Assembly: GCA_033763455.1 (NCBI GenBank) | Contig: JANRKO010000002.1 | Location: 1 to 63,803 of the forward strand | Direction: 5' to 3' | DNA length: 63,803 bases | Source of the DNA: Polyangiaceae bacterium | Lineage (GTDB): Bacteria; Myxococcota_A; Polyangia; Polyangiales; Polyangiaceae | Part shown: positions 1 through 8,286 of the stretch, piece by piece | Layout of the letters: the number at the start of each line of letters is the position of its first letter | How positions within the stretch are numbered: the first letter of the stretch is position 1 | The notes under the pieces: generated by a model | What the model was told of the DNA's origin: nothing | The model's database searches: none | The model's input: only the letters and a program-made list of their open reading frames with translations | Position numbers and translations under genes: made by a program

Positions 1-138
1 CACCATTTGGCCAAGACCTGCGCGATGTTTCCTCCGAACGCAATTCCAATAAACACAAACCGAAGAGCCGGATGCGGGAAATTCGCAAGTCCGGTTCTGT
101 AAGGAGCACCGGGTGGCAACACCCGGTGTTTACTTGAT
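1..138 (+). mobile_element. Group II intron, 3' end (domains V and VI), truncated by the window edge
   Basis: 64-98 AGAGCCGGATGCGGGAAATTCGCAAGTCCGGTTCT matches domain V (AGC triad at 66-68). 101-138 folds as domain VI (GAGCACCGGGTG-GCAA-CACCCGGTGTTT) with a bulged A132 seven nt from a 3' AT end at 138. The end coincides with the breakpoint of the GH43 reading frame. Confidence 0.9.
2..52 (+). CDS. Possible extreme C-terminus of the intron-encoded RT/maturase (TIWPRPARCFLRTQFQ*)
   Basis: Frame stops 12 nt before domain V, where intron ORFs typically end. Only 16 codons are visible, so this is a positional inference. Confidence 0.4.
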   Translation, partial: TIWPRPARCFLRTQFQ

Positions 139-320
139 GAGTAACAGCGAACGCCGTGGTGCCAGAGCCCACTTCCGGGCGTAACACCTTCCTTATTTTC
201 TCCGACGAAATAGAAAGTGTCATTGAAGTAGTAGACCGAGCCACCATGCGCTTGAATCGGTTTACCCTGAGTATCCAACCAAACTTCACCGGAGCGAATG
301 CTGAGCGTCTCGTTCGACAT
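139..320 (-). pseudogene. 5' part of a family 43 glycoside hydrolase (GH43_24-like, exo-beta-1,3-galactanase type), interrupted by the antisense intron
   Basis: Own translation from ATG 320 (not in the ORF track): MSNETLSIRSGEVWLDTQGKPIQAHGGSVYYFNDTFYFVGENKEGVTPGSGLWHHGVRCYS. It has the WLDTxGKPIQAHGG, YxxGENK and GVRCYS motifs. Similarity stops at the intron end. AAGGAA lies upstream. Confidence 0.85.
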
Positions 321-416
321 GCCGTGTTCCTTACGCTCTTCCGGCATGCACCGAGGCGTCAAGGAGACAAACCCGCCAGCTGAAGCCAAACGCTGGGAAG
401 CTGACGCACAAACGCC

Positions 417-449
417 AAAACGCCGCTCCATCTTGCGATGGCGCGGCGC
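417..449 (-). terminator. Rho-independent terminator after rpmA
   Basis: Minus strand GCGCCGCGCCATC-GCAA-GATGGAGCGGCG followed by TTTT, 24 nt after the rpmA stop. Confidence 0.7.
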
Positions 450-472
450 CTGACTTTGCCTCGACTGCGACG

Positions 473-742
473 TTAGTTTGTCGGAGCGGCCGGCGGATAA
501 ACCGAAACGCGTTTCTTCGTCTTGCTGGCGAACTCGTACGTGACGACGCCATCAACGAGAGAGAAAAGCGTGAAGTCTTTGCCGAGACCGACGTTGCGGC
601 CTGGATCGATGGTTTGGCCGACCTGGCGAACCAGGATGCCACCGGCGCGAACTTTCTCGCCGCCAAAAACCTTTACGCCACGAAACTGGGCGTTGGAGCC
701 ACGACCATTGCGGGTTGAACCGCCACCTTTTTTGTGTGCCAT
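473..742 (-). CDS. rpmA: 50S ribosomal protein L27
   Basis: [14 protein letters not shown]...GVKVFGG...GGILVRQ...[11 protein letters not shown]; directly downstream of rplU. Confidence 0.98.
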   Translation of the reverse strand: MAHKKGGGSTRNGRGSNAQFRGVKVFGGEKVRAGGILVRQVGQTIDPGRNVGLGKDFTLFSLVDGVVTYEFASKTKKRVSVYPPAAPTN

Positions 743-745
743 GAT

Positions 746-1060
746 TTAACCTGTAATTGTGGTGATCTGGACCGCAGTGAAATCCTGACGGTGACCATTC
801 TTGCGTCGGTAGCGCTTGCGACGACGAAATTTGAAGACGATGAGCTTCGGACCGCGACCTTGATCGACGATCTTCCCCTCCACCTTGGCCCCAGGGATAG
901 TCGGCTTTCCAACCTGGACCTTCCCTTCGGCGCTGAGGAGAAGGATCTGGTCGAACTGAACGCTATCGCCAGTGCTTCCTTCAAGCTTCTCAATTTTTAC
1001 TGTGTCGCCTGCTGCAACACGGTACTGTTTTCCGCCGGTTCGAATGACTGCCTGTGTCAT
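746..1060 (-). CDS. rplU: 50S ribosomal protein L21
   Basis: AVIRTGGKQYRV...KIEKL...FKFRRRKRYRRKNGHRQDFT; ATG at 1060 preferred. Confidence 0.98.
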   Translation of the reverse strand: MTQAVIRTGGKQYRVAAGDTVKIEKLEGSTGDSVQFDQILLLSAEGKVQVGKPTIPGAKVEGKIVDQGRGPKLIVFKFRRRKRYRRKNGHRQDFTAVQITTITG

Positions 1061-1323
1061 GGTCAAGGGGGGCGGACGCTAGTCTCAAGCCTCCGCTCAT
1101 GCAAGATGAGTTCTCACCGTCCATGAGATCTATTTGGCGGGGAGGCCAAAGGGGGGGCACAGCCCCCTCCATAACCCCCGCGGCGGCCAGCTCAAGAGCC
1201 TAGGAATTTCGGCGAGGCTCCGGCGCTTTTTGGCTTCGGCACTGCGAGCAGGGAGCTTCATGACCTTTTGACCTAAGGAGCACGCGCAAAGGTGCCGATC
1301 TCGAGGCTGAGCCTTTCGATACC

Positions 1324-2343
1324 ATGCCCCGCAAACCAGCCCAACGGCTTCGAGTGTCCGCCCTCTGGGGTGAGACCGTGCTCGGCACCCGTGAACTCGG
1401 ACCTCGGGAAGGATTGGCCCTCGATGGCGCGGACCGTCGAGGTGTCGCGCGGCTGCCGAGTCCGGATGATGTCTTCGGTCTTCCAACGCACGTGTTCTCG
1501 CCCGGTCCGACTGGCTGGCGCCTCGATGCATCGGGAGCCACGGGAGGCTTTGTTGAACGCGCTGGCGAACGTGTGGCGGCAATCGGGAAACCTGAAGTGG
1601 TGCTCACGGATGTCGGTGATTTTGGAGTACTCGAATACGGAACTCGATACGCGCTTTTCTTCCAAGCGTCGACGGTGGCCCCTTCACTCGGACGTCGGCT
1701 ACGACCGTCGTTAGTCACTTGCCTCGCCGGCGCATTTAGCTGCTCCCTGCTGCTCGGCGTGTTGTTGCTGGTTCGCGCGCTCACCCTACCCGTGGCAGCA
1801 ATGCCTTCGTTCAGCGAAGCTTCGCTGGGCAGTCAGCTCGTGCACGCTGAGGCAACGCTGGTGAATGCTCAAGCTCCGCTCCTGAAGTCGCGGGAGGCTT
1901 GGCTTGCCGGAAACGAAGAAAGCACCAGGCAGCTTCGTGAACTTGTTGGAGCACTCAAGGCAAGCTCATCAACCAACACGCCAGCGCCTGCTGTGAAGCC
2001 GCAGGAACCCTTGGCGCGCATAGCTGTTTGGGACCGAAGTGCCTCAGCAATCCGCGTCTTCGGAGCAAGCCAGGGCCTCACCGAAGCTCAGGTGAATCGC
2101 ACCTTGGGCGCGCACATGGACACCCTCCAGGCCTGCTTGAGCACTCAGGAAGCTCCTGGGCAAATCGTGGTGCGTATCAATGCCGAGCCCGATGGAGCCA
2201 TAGCCTCGGCCACCATGACACATTCCTCGCTCGGTAATCCGGCAACAGAACGCTGCGTCTTGCGTGAAGCACGACGCCTCAGCCTTCCTGCCGCCACTAG
2301 GCCGACCACGGCTCACTTGATCTTGGTGATGCGCAAGAACTGA
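1324..2343 (+). CDS. AgmX/PglI (GltG-like) membrane protein with a C-terminal TonB_C-like domain
   Basis: N-terminal LRVSALWGETVL, central TM segment, and C-terminal GLTEAQVNRTL...LQAC...GQIVVRINAEPDGAI...SSLGNPATERCV pattern of myxobacterial TonB_C-like domains. Confidence 0.6.
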   Translation: MPRKPAQRLRVSALWGETVLGTRELGPREGLALDGADRRGVARLPSPDDVFGLPTHVFSPGPTGWRLDASGATGGFVERAGERVAAIGKPEVVLTDVGDFGVLEYGTRYALFFQASTVAPSLGRRLRPSLVTCLAGAFSCSLLLGVLLLVRALTLPVAAMPSFSEASLGSQLVHAEATLVNAQAPLLKSREAWLAGNEESTRQLRELVGALKASSSTNTPAPAVKPQEPLARIAVWDRSASAIRVFGASQGLTEAQVNRTLGAHMDTLQACLSTQEAPGQIVVRINAEPDGAIASATMTHSSLGNPATERCVLREARRLSLPAATRPTTAHLILVMRKN

Positions 2344-2364
2344 GGTTCTTGGGTGTGCAGCTGC

Positions 2365-2679
2365 TCAGCGCTCTCGGTCCGTGGAGCGACGGCCGTCATC
2401 ATGACGGCGGCCTTCCGGACGTGGGGGGAACATGCGACGATCAAAGTCCATGCGGCGCTCTACCAGAGAGCGATGACCAAAGGGCTCACAGAAGAGCTTA
2501 CGGATCTGGGCTACCGTTGTAACCCCAGCACGCAGCACAAGCTGTGCATGCTCAGTGCATAGCTCAACGATGCGGCCATCGATCAGCACATCCTCAAACG
2601 TATCTGCGTCTTTGCACCAGAAACGTTTGCTGGTTTCTGAAGCCTCTGGGCTCGAACAAACTTCACAACGCTGGGCCAT
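2365..2679 (-). CDS. Small hypothetical protein with an N-terminal CxxC...CxxH and a C-terminal Arg-rich (D/E/G)RR repeat tail
   Basis: MAQRCEVC...LCTEHA...ERRMDFDRRMFPPRPEGRRHDDGRRSTDRER; fills the gap between neighbouring genes. Confidence 0.6.
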   Translation of the reverse strand: MAQRCEVCSSPEASETSKRFWCKDADTFEDVLIDGRIVELCTEHAQLVLRAGVTTVAQIRKLFCEPFGHRSLVERRMDFDRRMFPPRPEGRRHDDGRRSTDRER

Positions 2680-2756
2680 GCTCCGAAGCTGACAGAACCC
2701 GCCGCTTCGGGCCAAGCTTTCGGCAGATCCCAAAAACCGGACGCCCCGGCGTTTAC

Positions 2757-3707
2757 TTATGTACCGCGAACCTCGCGGCTTTTGGCCTCCACCCAGGCAA
2801 TCACTTCCTCCTCAGCCGGACGCCCCAAGTGACCCGATAGCTCCTGGATCCCGGTGGGGCTCGTAACGTTGACCTCGATCAACTTTCCTCCAATGAGATC
2901 CAGCCCGACAAACCAAAGCCCTTTCTCACTCAATTCAGGACCGATAGCTGCTACCAAGTTCGCCTCCGTCGGGGTGAGTGTGGTGGCGTGCACCGAACCG
3001 CCCACGTGGATATTGGCGCGGATGTCGTCGGCCCGGGGGACTCGCAAGATAGCGCCCAACGGTTTTCCATCAAGCAGCAACACGCGCTTGTCCCCCTCGG
3101 CGATAGCCGGCTGAAATTCCTGAACCAGGGCGAGCTCTTTTCCTTCACGCGTGTGAATGTCCACGATCGCGCGAGCATTCTTGTCGGAAGTGGAAAGTGC
3201 GAGCACGCCGCTACCACCTGCGCCATCAAGAGGCTTAATAACAGCTTTGCCGCCCACCGACTTTACGAACTCGAAAATGGCATCGCGATCTGAGGTTACC
3301 AGCGACACCGGCATATGTTGGGCAAAGTGAAAAGCGTAGAGCTTCTCATTGGCGTCCCGAAGCGCTTGGGGATCGTTCAGAATCAGGGTTTCGGACTTTG
3401 CGAGCTCCAACTGCTGAGTCAGGTGCAGGTAGGCACTATCGAAGGGCGGATCTTTACGTATAAAGATGGCGTCTAGATCTGCGGCGGCGATTACCGAACG
3501 CTCACCAAAGCCCACGTGGGGGCCCTCATTCCGAACCGAAATTGGGCGCGCTTGGACCTCAACCCGGGCGCCTCGGTTCGAGACCTCGTGGGGTAAGGCG
3601 TGCCAACACGCATGCCCTCTGGCCTGTGCGGCCCGCATGAACGCAAAGCTCGTATCCTTCTGAGGGTGCATGGTCTCAGCCGGGTCCATGACAAACAAGA
3701 AACGCAC
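2757..3707 (-). CDS. gshB: Glutathione synthetase
   Basis: FVMDP...KDTSFA, IRKDPPFD, NEKL, KPLDGAGG, GDKRV, RANIHVGG, EVNVTSPTG motifs. Confidence 0.97.
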   Translation of the reverse strand: MRFLFVMDPAETMHPQKDTSFAFMRAAQARGHACWHALPHEVSNRGARVEVQARPISVRNEGPHVGFGERSVIAAADLDAIFIRKDPPFDSAYLHLTQQLELAKSETLILNDPQALRDANEKLYAFHFAQHMPVSLVTSDRDAIFEFVKSVGGKAVIKPLDGAGGSGVLALSTSDKNARAIVDIHTREGKELALVQEFQPAIAEGDKRVLLLDGKPLGAILRVPRADDIRANIHVGGSVHATTLTPTEANLVAAIGPELSEKGLWFVGLDLIGGKLIEVNVTSPTGIQELSGHLGRPAEEEVIAWVEAKSREVRGT

Positions 3708-3761
3708 AGTGCTACCGTCCTTTCAAAACAACGCAGAAAAGCGTACACCGGAGTACGTTTT

Positions 3762-5399
3762 ATGCTCACACTTTTGGGCCGAGTCCTCTTCGTCGTAGGC
3801 TTTTTCCTCACGCTGGGCGCACCAAGCGCTCAGGCCAAGCCAACCCGGGGAGGGACGGCTTGCGCATCCGAGCACCGGCTAGCTACCGAAGCATGCCTCG
3901 CCCAACTGCAGGCAGGCGGGAACGCCGTGGACGCCGCTGTGACAGCTGCGCTCGTCGCTGGTGTTGTTAGCCCAAGTTCGAGCGGCCTTGGGGGCGGAGG
4001 CTTTGCGCTCGCTTGGAATGCCAAACAGCAACGCATGACCGTGTTGGACTTCCGCGAGACCGCACCTAAGGGCATCGATGTGCCCGCGTTCGAGAAGCGT
4101 CCATTCGCCCCCGGCGCACGCGGCAAAGCCGTAGGCGTTCCGGGCGAAGCCAAAGGTCTATTTGAACTGCATCGCCGCTTCGGGAAACGTTCGTGGCAGG
4201 AGGTGGTTCTGCCGGCGCAGCGGGTGGCGGAGAAGGGCTTCGAGGTGAGCGCCCACCTACGCACAGTGTTGCGCGATAGCGCCAAGGACCTTGAGGCGGA
4301 TGCGGGCCTACGCGACCTCTATTTGAGGCCGGGGCAAAAAGCGCGCATCAAGAACCCAAAGCTCGCTGAAACTCTGAAGAAGCTGGGGGCGCTTGGCCCA
4401 GCTGCCATTTACGAAGGCGACATCGCGAGCGACCTGGTAGCCGCGGCGAACAAATTTGGCGGTGCCCTCTCGCTGGATGATCTCAAAAACTACCAAGTAA
4501 TTGAGCGCGCACCTCTCAAAATAACTTGGGAAGGCCTGGATATTTATACGATGCCTCCGCCTTCAGCTGGCGGCCTCATGCTCGCGCAGACACTTAAGTT
4601 TTTCGCAAAAGCGGATCTTGCACAGGAGAAACCTGAAAGCGCTTCCTACCAGCATCGGCTAGCTGAAGTATTCCGCGCCTCACTTGCCGATCGTATGCGC
4701 ACTTTAGGTGACCCCGAGGCCGCCCCCATAGACCTTAGCCCACTACTTTCGAAGGAACACATCGACGGCATTCGAGCGCGCGTGAGCGACCACGCAACGC
4801 ATACCATCCTCGATTTTGCTCAAGATGAGCAAGGGACCCACCACCTTATCGCAGCTGATGAGGACGGTAACGTGGTGTCCCTCACCACCACCATAAACCA
4901 CGCTTTTGGTGCGAAAATCACTGGGGAGCTGAGCGGTATCGTGCTGAACGATGAACTCGACGACTTCACAGGCCGCTCGGTCGCTAAGACCTTTGGCCTG
5001 TCCGAATCCCCCAATCGTCCGCGGCCCAGAGCACGCCCCGTTTCCAGCATGACCCCGACCATTGTTGTGAAAGACGGCGCTGCGAAAGCGGCTCTCGGCG
5101 GCTCTGGAGGCATGACCATTGCGACCAACGTGACTCAGGCGCTGTTGCGGCTGATTGGTTTTGGCCAATCACCGAAGGCCGTGGTGGCTGCACGAAGGTT
5201 TTACGTCCCCACCAGGAAAGAAACGCTGCAGCTTGAGGCGGGGGCGGAAGCGGCGCTCATTCAAGACCTCGCGGCACGGGGCGAGATCGTGGGCATCAAT
5301 CCTTTCACCACCAGCGCCGTCCAGATTGTCACCCGCGATGGTAAGCGCTACCGAGCAGCTGCTGATCCACGCAAACACGGCAACGCCCAAGCGCGGTAA
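3762..5399 (+). CDS. ggt: Gamma-glutamyltransferase, secreted
   Basis: Signal peptide, GGNAVDAA, SGLGGGGF, DFRETAP, GTHH autoprocessing Thr, LNDELDDF, SSMTPT, GGSGG, DPRK. Confidence 0.93.
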   Translation: MLTLLGRVLFVVGFFLTLGAPSAQAKPTRGGTACASEHRLATEACLAQLQAGGNAVDAAVTAALVAGVVSPSSSGLGGGGFALAWNAKQQRMTVLDFRETAPKGIDVPAFEKRPFAPGARGKAVGVPGEAKGLFELHRRFGKRSWQEVVLPAQRVAEKGFEVSAHLRTVLRDSAKDLEADAGLRDLYLRPGQKARIKNPKLAETLKKLGALGPAAIYEGDIASDLVAAANKFGGALSLDDLKNYQVIERAPLKITWEGLDIYTMPPPSAGGLMLAQTLKFFAKADLAQEKPESASYQHRLAEVFRASLADRMRTLGDPEAAPIDLSPLLSKEHIDGIRARVSDHATHTILDFAQDEQGTHHLIAADEDGNVVSLTTTINHAFGAKITGELSGIVLNDELDDFTGRSVAKTFGLSESPNRPRPRARPVSSMTPTIVVKDGAAKAALGGSGGMTIATNVTQALLRLIGFGQSPKAVVAARRFYVPTRKETLQLEAGAEAALIQDLAARGEIVGINPFTTSAVQIVTRDGKRYRAAADPRKHGNAQAR

Positions 5400-5415
5400 A
5401 ATGCGTCACTATAAT

Positions 5416-5477
5416 GGTTTGGGGATAGGCAACGTGGAAGGGGCAGCGACTACCTACGGATGCCCAAAACCGAGCCC
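5416..5477. repeat. Structured direct repeat, copy 1
   Basis: TTGGGGATAnnCAACnTGGAAGGGGCnGCGACTACCTACGGATGCCCA...AAACCGAGCCC is shared with 5726-5804. Confidence 0.85.
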
Positions 5478-5575
5478 GGTTAGGGACTTACCCTGATCCG
5501 GCGGTAAAGCGCGGCGTTGGTGGGTAAGTGATCGAAATTGCTCCATAGGTTGTTGGAAGAGCTCGTCAGCTCATT

Positions 5576-5636
5576 GGTTGGATGCCCACCCCAGCTGCCG
5601 CTTGTTGCGGCAGCTTGCCCCTCGCCAAGCGTCTCC
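5576..5636 (-). repeat. ~60 bp REP-like hairpin element, copy A (inverted relative to 10352-10411)
   Basis: Reverse complement shares the perfect 24-mer TGGCGAGGGGCAAGCTGCCGCAAC, plus GGAGACGC and GGGCATCCAACC, with 10352-10411; internal hairpin GCTGCCGC/GCGGCAGC. Confidence 0.85.
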
Positions 5637-5725
5637 TGTGCAGGAGCCGCGGGAGGGGCGTGGGCCCGGCGGCTCCGCGCTGCAACGGAGGCGTTGCTAC
5701 CTGAAGAGCTTCGGGCAGCGCGGCA

Positions 5726-5804
5726 GCTCGTTTTTGGGATTGGGGATAAACAACATGGAAGGGGCGGCGACTACCTACGGATGCCCACTCCCAAAACCGA
5801 GCCC
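5726..5804. repeat. Structured direct repeat, copy 2
   Basis: Same core as 5416-5477 with four substitutions and a 6 nt insertion; 5726-5747 pairs with 5781-5802. Confidence 0.85.
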
Positions 5805-5889
5805 TTTGGGCTTTACGGTAGTGCTCCGCTCGTTGTCTGCACCGTCTGACGTCAAGCTCCCCACGGTCCAATGTCACTCCTCAATTAGC

Positions 5890-5969
5890 TCGATTTTCTG
5901 GGGCGAGGCGAAGCCTTGCTAATTCTTCAACAGCTGGGCCTTCGCGGGCGCCTCGCCCCAGAAAATCGA
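5890..5969. repeat. Perfect 21 bp inverted repeat with a 38 nt spacer
   Basis: TCGATTTTCTGGGGCGAGGCG (5890-5910) and CGCCTCGCCCCAGAAAATCGA (5949-5969). Confidence 0.9.
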
Positions 5970-6179
5970 ACGCCGCGCCCGTCCAAACTCCTCAAAGTGG
6001 CGCGCCCTCGCGCGGGCGCGGAGCCGGATCGAGCTTCCTGCAACTCCTCAAGATCCATCAACATCTATGCCACCGGATTAGAGACAGGGCTGAGACAGGG
6101 CGGGACAGGGCCGGAGCCGTTGACACCCGGAGCGAGTCTGGGCATGTGGGGGCTACACTGAATGCTGTTGGAGGGAAAC

Positions 6180-8285
6180 ATGCAGGCAAGACTCGGTTGG
6201 ATCCTTGGGGTAGCGCTGTTGTTAGGTGCCTGCGGCGGTGAGAGCGAGTCGTTGCCTCCACAGCTTCGTGTGCAGACCAACTTCCAGGCGGATCCGTTTC
6301 CGAATGATGCGGCAGCCTCGGACCGAGCCGGGCCTTACACCGCTGTCTCAAGTTCCGGCGATCACACGTGCGGCATCCGGCAAGACGGTAGCCTGTGGTG
6401 CTGGGGGAGTAACAGCAACGGTCAAATTGGCGCTGGGTTCACCTCGCAGGTGGTGGAGCAACCCACGCGTGTCTTCGGCGAAGCTGGCTGGGAGCGCGTG
6501 AGTGCTGGCCTTAGGCACACCTGCGGCATTCGCCAAGGAGACGTGTTTTGCTGGGGATACAATGCCTCAGGCCAACTGGGTGATGGTTCACGCCATGCGC
6601 GGCTGGCACCGACGCTAGTAGCACATGGCAACTGGCAGGATATTGCGGTGGCTGAAAGCAATACGTGTGCAATCGATGGTCAAGGCAAGCTCTATTGCTG
6701 GGGCTACGCTTCGTTTGCCCTATTTGGGAACCTGCTAGAGGACGGCCAAAGCACCGTGACGACGCCCCTACAGGTGGAGCGCAGCCGCACCTTCCGCCAA
6801 GTGGTACTGTCAGCACCAGTGGATGACAGCATCTACACCGCGGCATGTGCTCTGGAGCAAGCTGGCCGCATTGCGTGCTTTGGCGTCGATCCTGGGCGCG
6901 CAGCGGTTGGGGAGCGGATACAACAGCTCGACACAGGAGTGGATTGGGTGGAGCTTAGCTTCGAACGCAGCTCGCCATGCGCAAGAAAGGCTGACGGATC
7001 GCGCTGGTGTTGGAATGGGTTTGGCTTCAAGCGTGTTCCAATGGAGTGGAAGTCAGAAGCGGCACATTCGGGGACGCATTTCTGCGGGGTTGCTTTAGAC
7101 GGTTCTCTCTGGTGCTCGGGTCTGGATGATTTTGGCCAGCTGGGCAACGGGATGTCTCGCGAGCGCTCAGACAATCCTGTGCGAGTGGGCACAGGAACGG
7201 ATTGGGTGGCCGTAGCGACGGGGCTGGCGCATTCATGCGCCCTCAACCAAGCTGGTGAACCATGGTGTTGGGGAAGCGATAGTCGAGCCCAGTTGGGCAC
7301 GGGCCGAGCGAGAACAAAAGTCGGTCCGCAACTGGTCGGGCCCGGTTGGGGTGCGCTGTCGCTCGGGGGTGCGGAAACCTGCGGAGCTCAACAGGGGCAA
7401 ATATTCTGCTGGGGCCGCCCATCACTCCTCCCTGACTTAGGCGTACCTGTTGGGTCGACGGGAAAATTGTTGGTTCCGGGACAACAGATCGCCTGGCGCT
7501 CTTCCGGCTCATGCATACTCGACCAAGGCATGGTGGATTGCGTGGACACCGCTTTGCCGGCGACCCGTTTGGGAGGGCCACAGTATCGCTACGTTGCGGC
7601 AGGGGACTTTGGCACCTGTGCGATTGCCGTAGACGGTGCACTCTATTGCCTGGGCCTCGGCGAAGGCCAGATGCTAGAGCCAATGCCGGTCACCAACGAC
7701 GTATGGCAATCTGTTTCAGTCGGCAGGCGGCACGCTTGTGGGATCGCTCAGGGCAACAGGCTGCTCTGTTGGGGAGAGGCGAGCTACCTCGGTCTGCTGC
7801 CTCCCAAGTCTGAATTCATGCCGCGGGCGGTAACTCCAGAAAGGGGCTACGTGGAAGTCGCGGCCGGCATGGATTCCTCGTGCGCGATCGCTGCTGATCA
7901 GAGCCTGTGGTGCTGGGGGCTCGGCTATTGGGGAGCTTTGGGCTCGGGTCACTTCAAGGACGAGCCCGTGCCGGTGCGGATCGGCACCGATCAATGGACT
8001 CAGGTGAGCGTCCATCAACACGCCTGCGCAATACGAGTAGATGGAGCCTTGTTTTGTTGGGGTCCGAACGCCAGCGCTCAACTCGGAAACGAACCTAGCC
8101 CGGGAATCAACGTACCTATACAAGTGGGAACCTCCACGGATTGGAAGCAGGTGGTGGTGGGTGGGCGCCATACCTGCGCACTCAATATGGCCACCGAGCT
8201 CTACTGCTGGGGCAGCGACTCAGACGGGCAGATTGGCGTCCAAGAAGCATGGCTCGGAGAGCCCGCACGCGTTTGGCCGCTCTAA
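6180..8285 (+). CDS. RCC1-repeat (BLIP-II-like beta-propeller) lipoprotein
   Basis: GGAGGG RBS, lipobox LGA-C, and many xAGxxHTCxIxxDGxLWCWGxNxxGQLG repeats. Confidence 0.9.
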   Translation: MQARLGWILGVALLLGACGGESESLPPQLRVQTNFQADPFPNDAAASDRAGPYTAVSSSGDHTCGIRQDGSLWCWGSNSNGQIGAGFTSQVVEQPTRVFGEAGWERVSAGLRHTCGIRQGDVFCWGYNASGQLGDGSRHARLAPTLVAHGNWQDIAVAESNTCAIDGQGKLYCWGYASFALFGNLLEDGQSTVTTPLQVERSRTFRQVVLSAPVDDSIYTAACALEQAGRIACFGVDPGRAAVGERIQQLDTGVDWVELSFERSSPCARKADGSRWCWNGFGFKRVPMEWKSEAAHSGTHFCGVALDGSLWCSGLDDFGQLGNGMSRERSDNPVRVGTGTDWVAVATGLAHSCALNQAGEPWCWGSDSRAQLGTGRARTKVGPQLVGPGWGALSLGGAETCGAQQGQIFCWGRPSLLPDLGVPVGSTGKLLVPGQQIAWRSSGSCILDQGMVDCVDTALPATRLGGPQYRYVAAGDFGTCAIAVDGALYCLGLGEGQMLEPMPVTNDVWQSVSVGRRHACGIAQGNRLLCWGEASYLGLLPPKSEFMPRAVTPERGYVEVAAGMDSSCAIAADQSLWCWGLGYWGALGSGHFKDEPVPVRIGTDQWTQVSVHQHACAIRVDGALFCWGPNASAQLGNEPSPGINVPIQVGTSTDWKQVVVGGRHTCALNMATELYCWGSDSDGQIGVQEAWLGEPARVWPL

Positions 8286-8286
8286 C

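Noticed and set aside
156..383. 75 aa plus-strand ORF
   Set aside because: Shadow of the minus-strand GH43 fragment, which carries clear family motifs.
5701..5725. CTGAAGAG as a hammerhead ribozyme core
   Set aside because: No GAAA after the putative stem II and no flanking stems.
5416..5804. CRISPR array or integron attC array
   Set aside because: Only two long copies about 320 bp apart, no regular spacers, no RYYYAAC/GTTRRRY pair, and no cas or intI gene.
5401..5922. Short ORFs sharing the peptide GLGIxNxEGAATTYGCP as a possible RiPP or peptide repeat
   Set aside because: No consistent start or RBS and no modifying enzymes nearby. The pairing pattern is better explained at nucleotide level.
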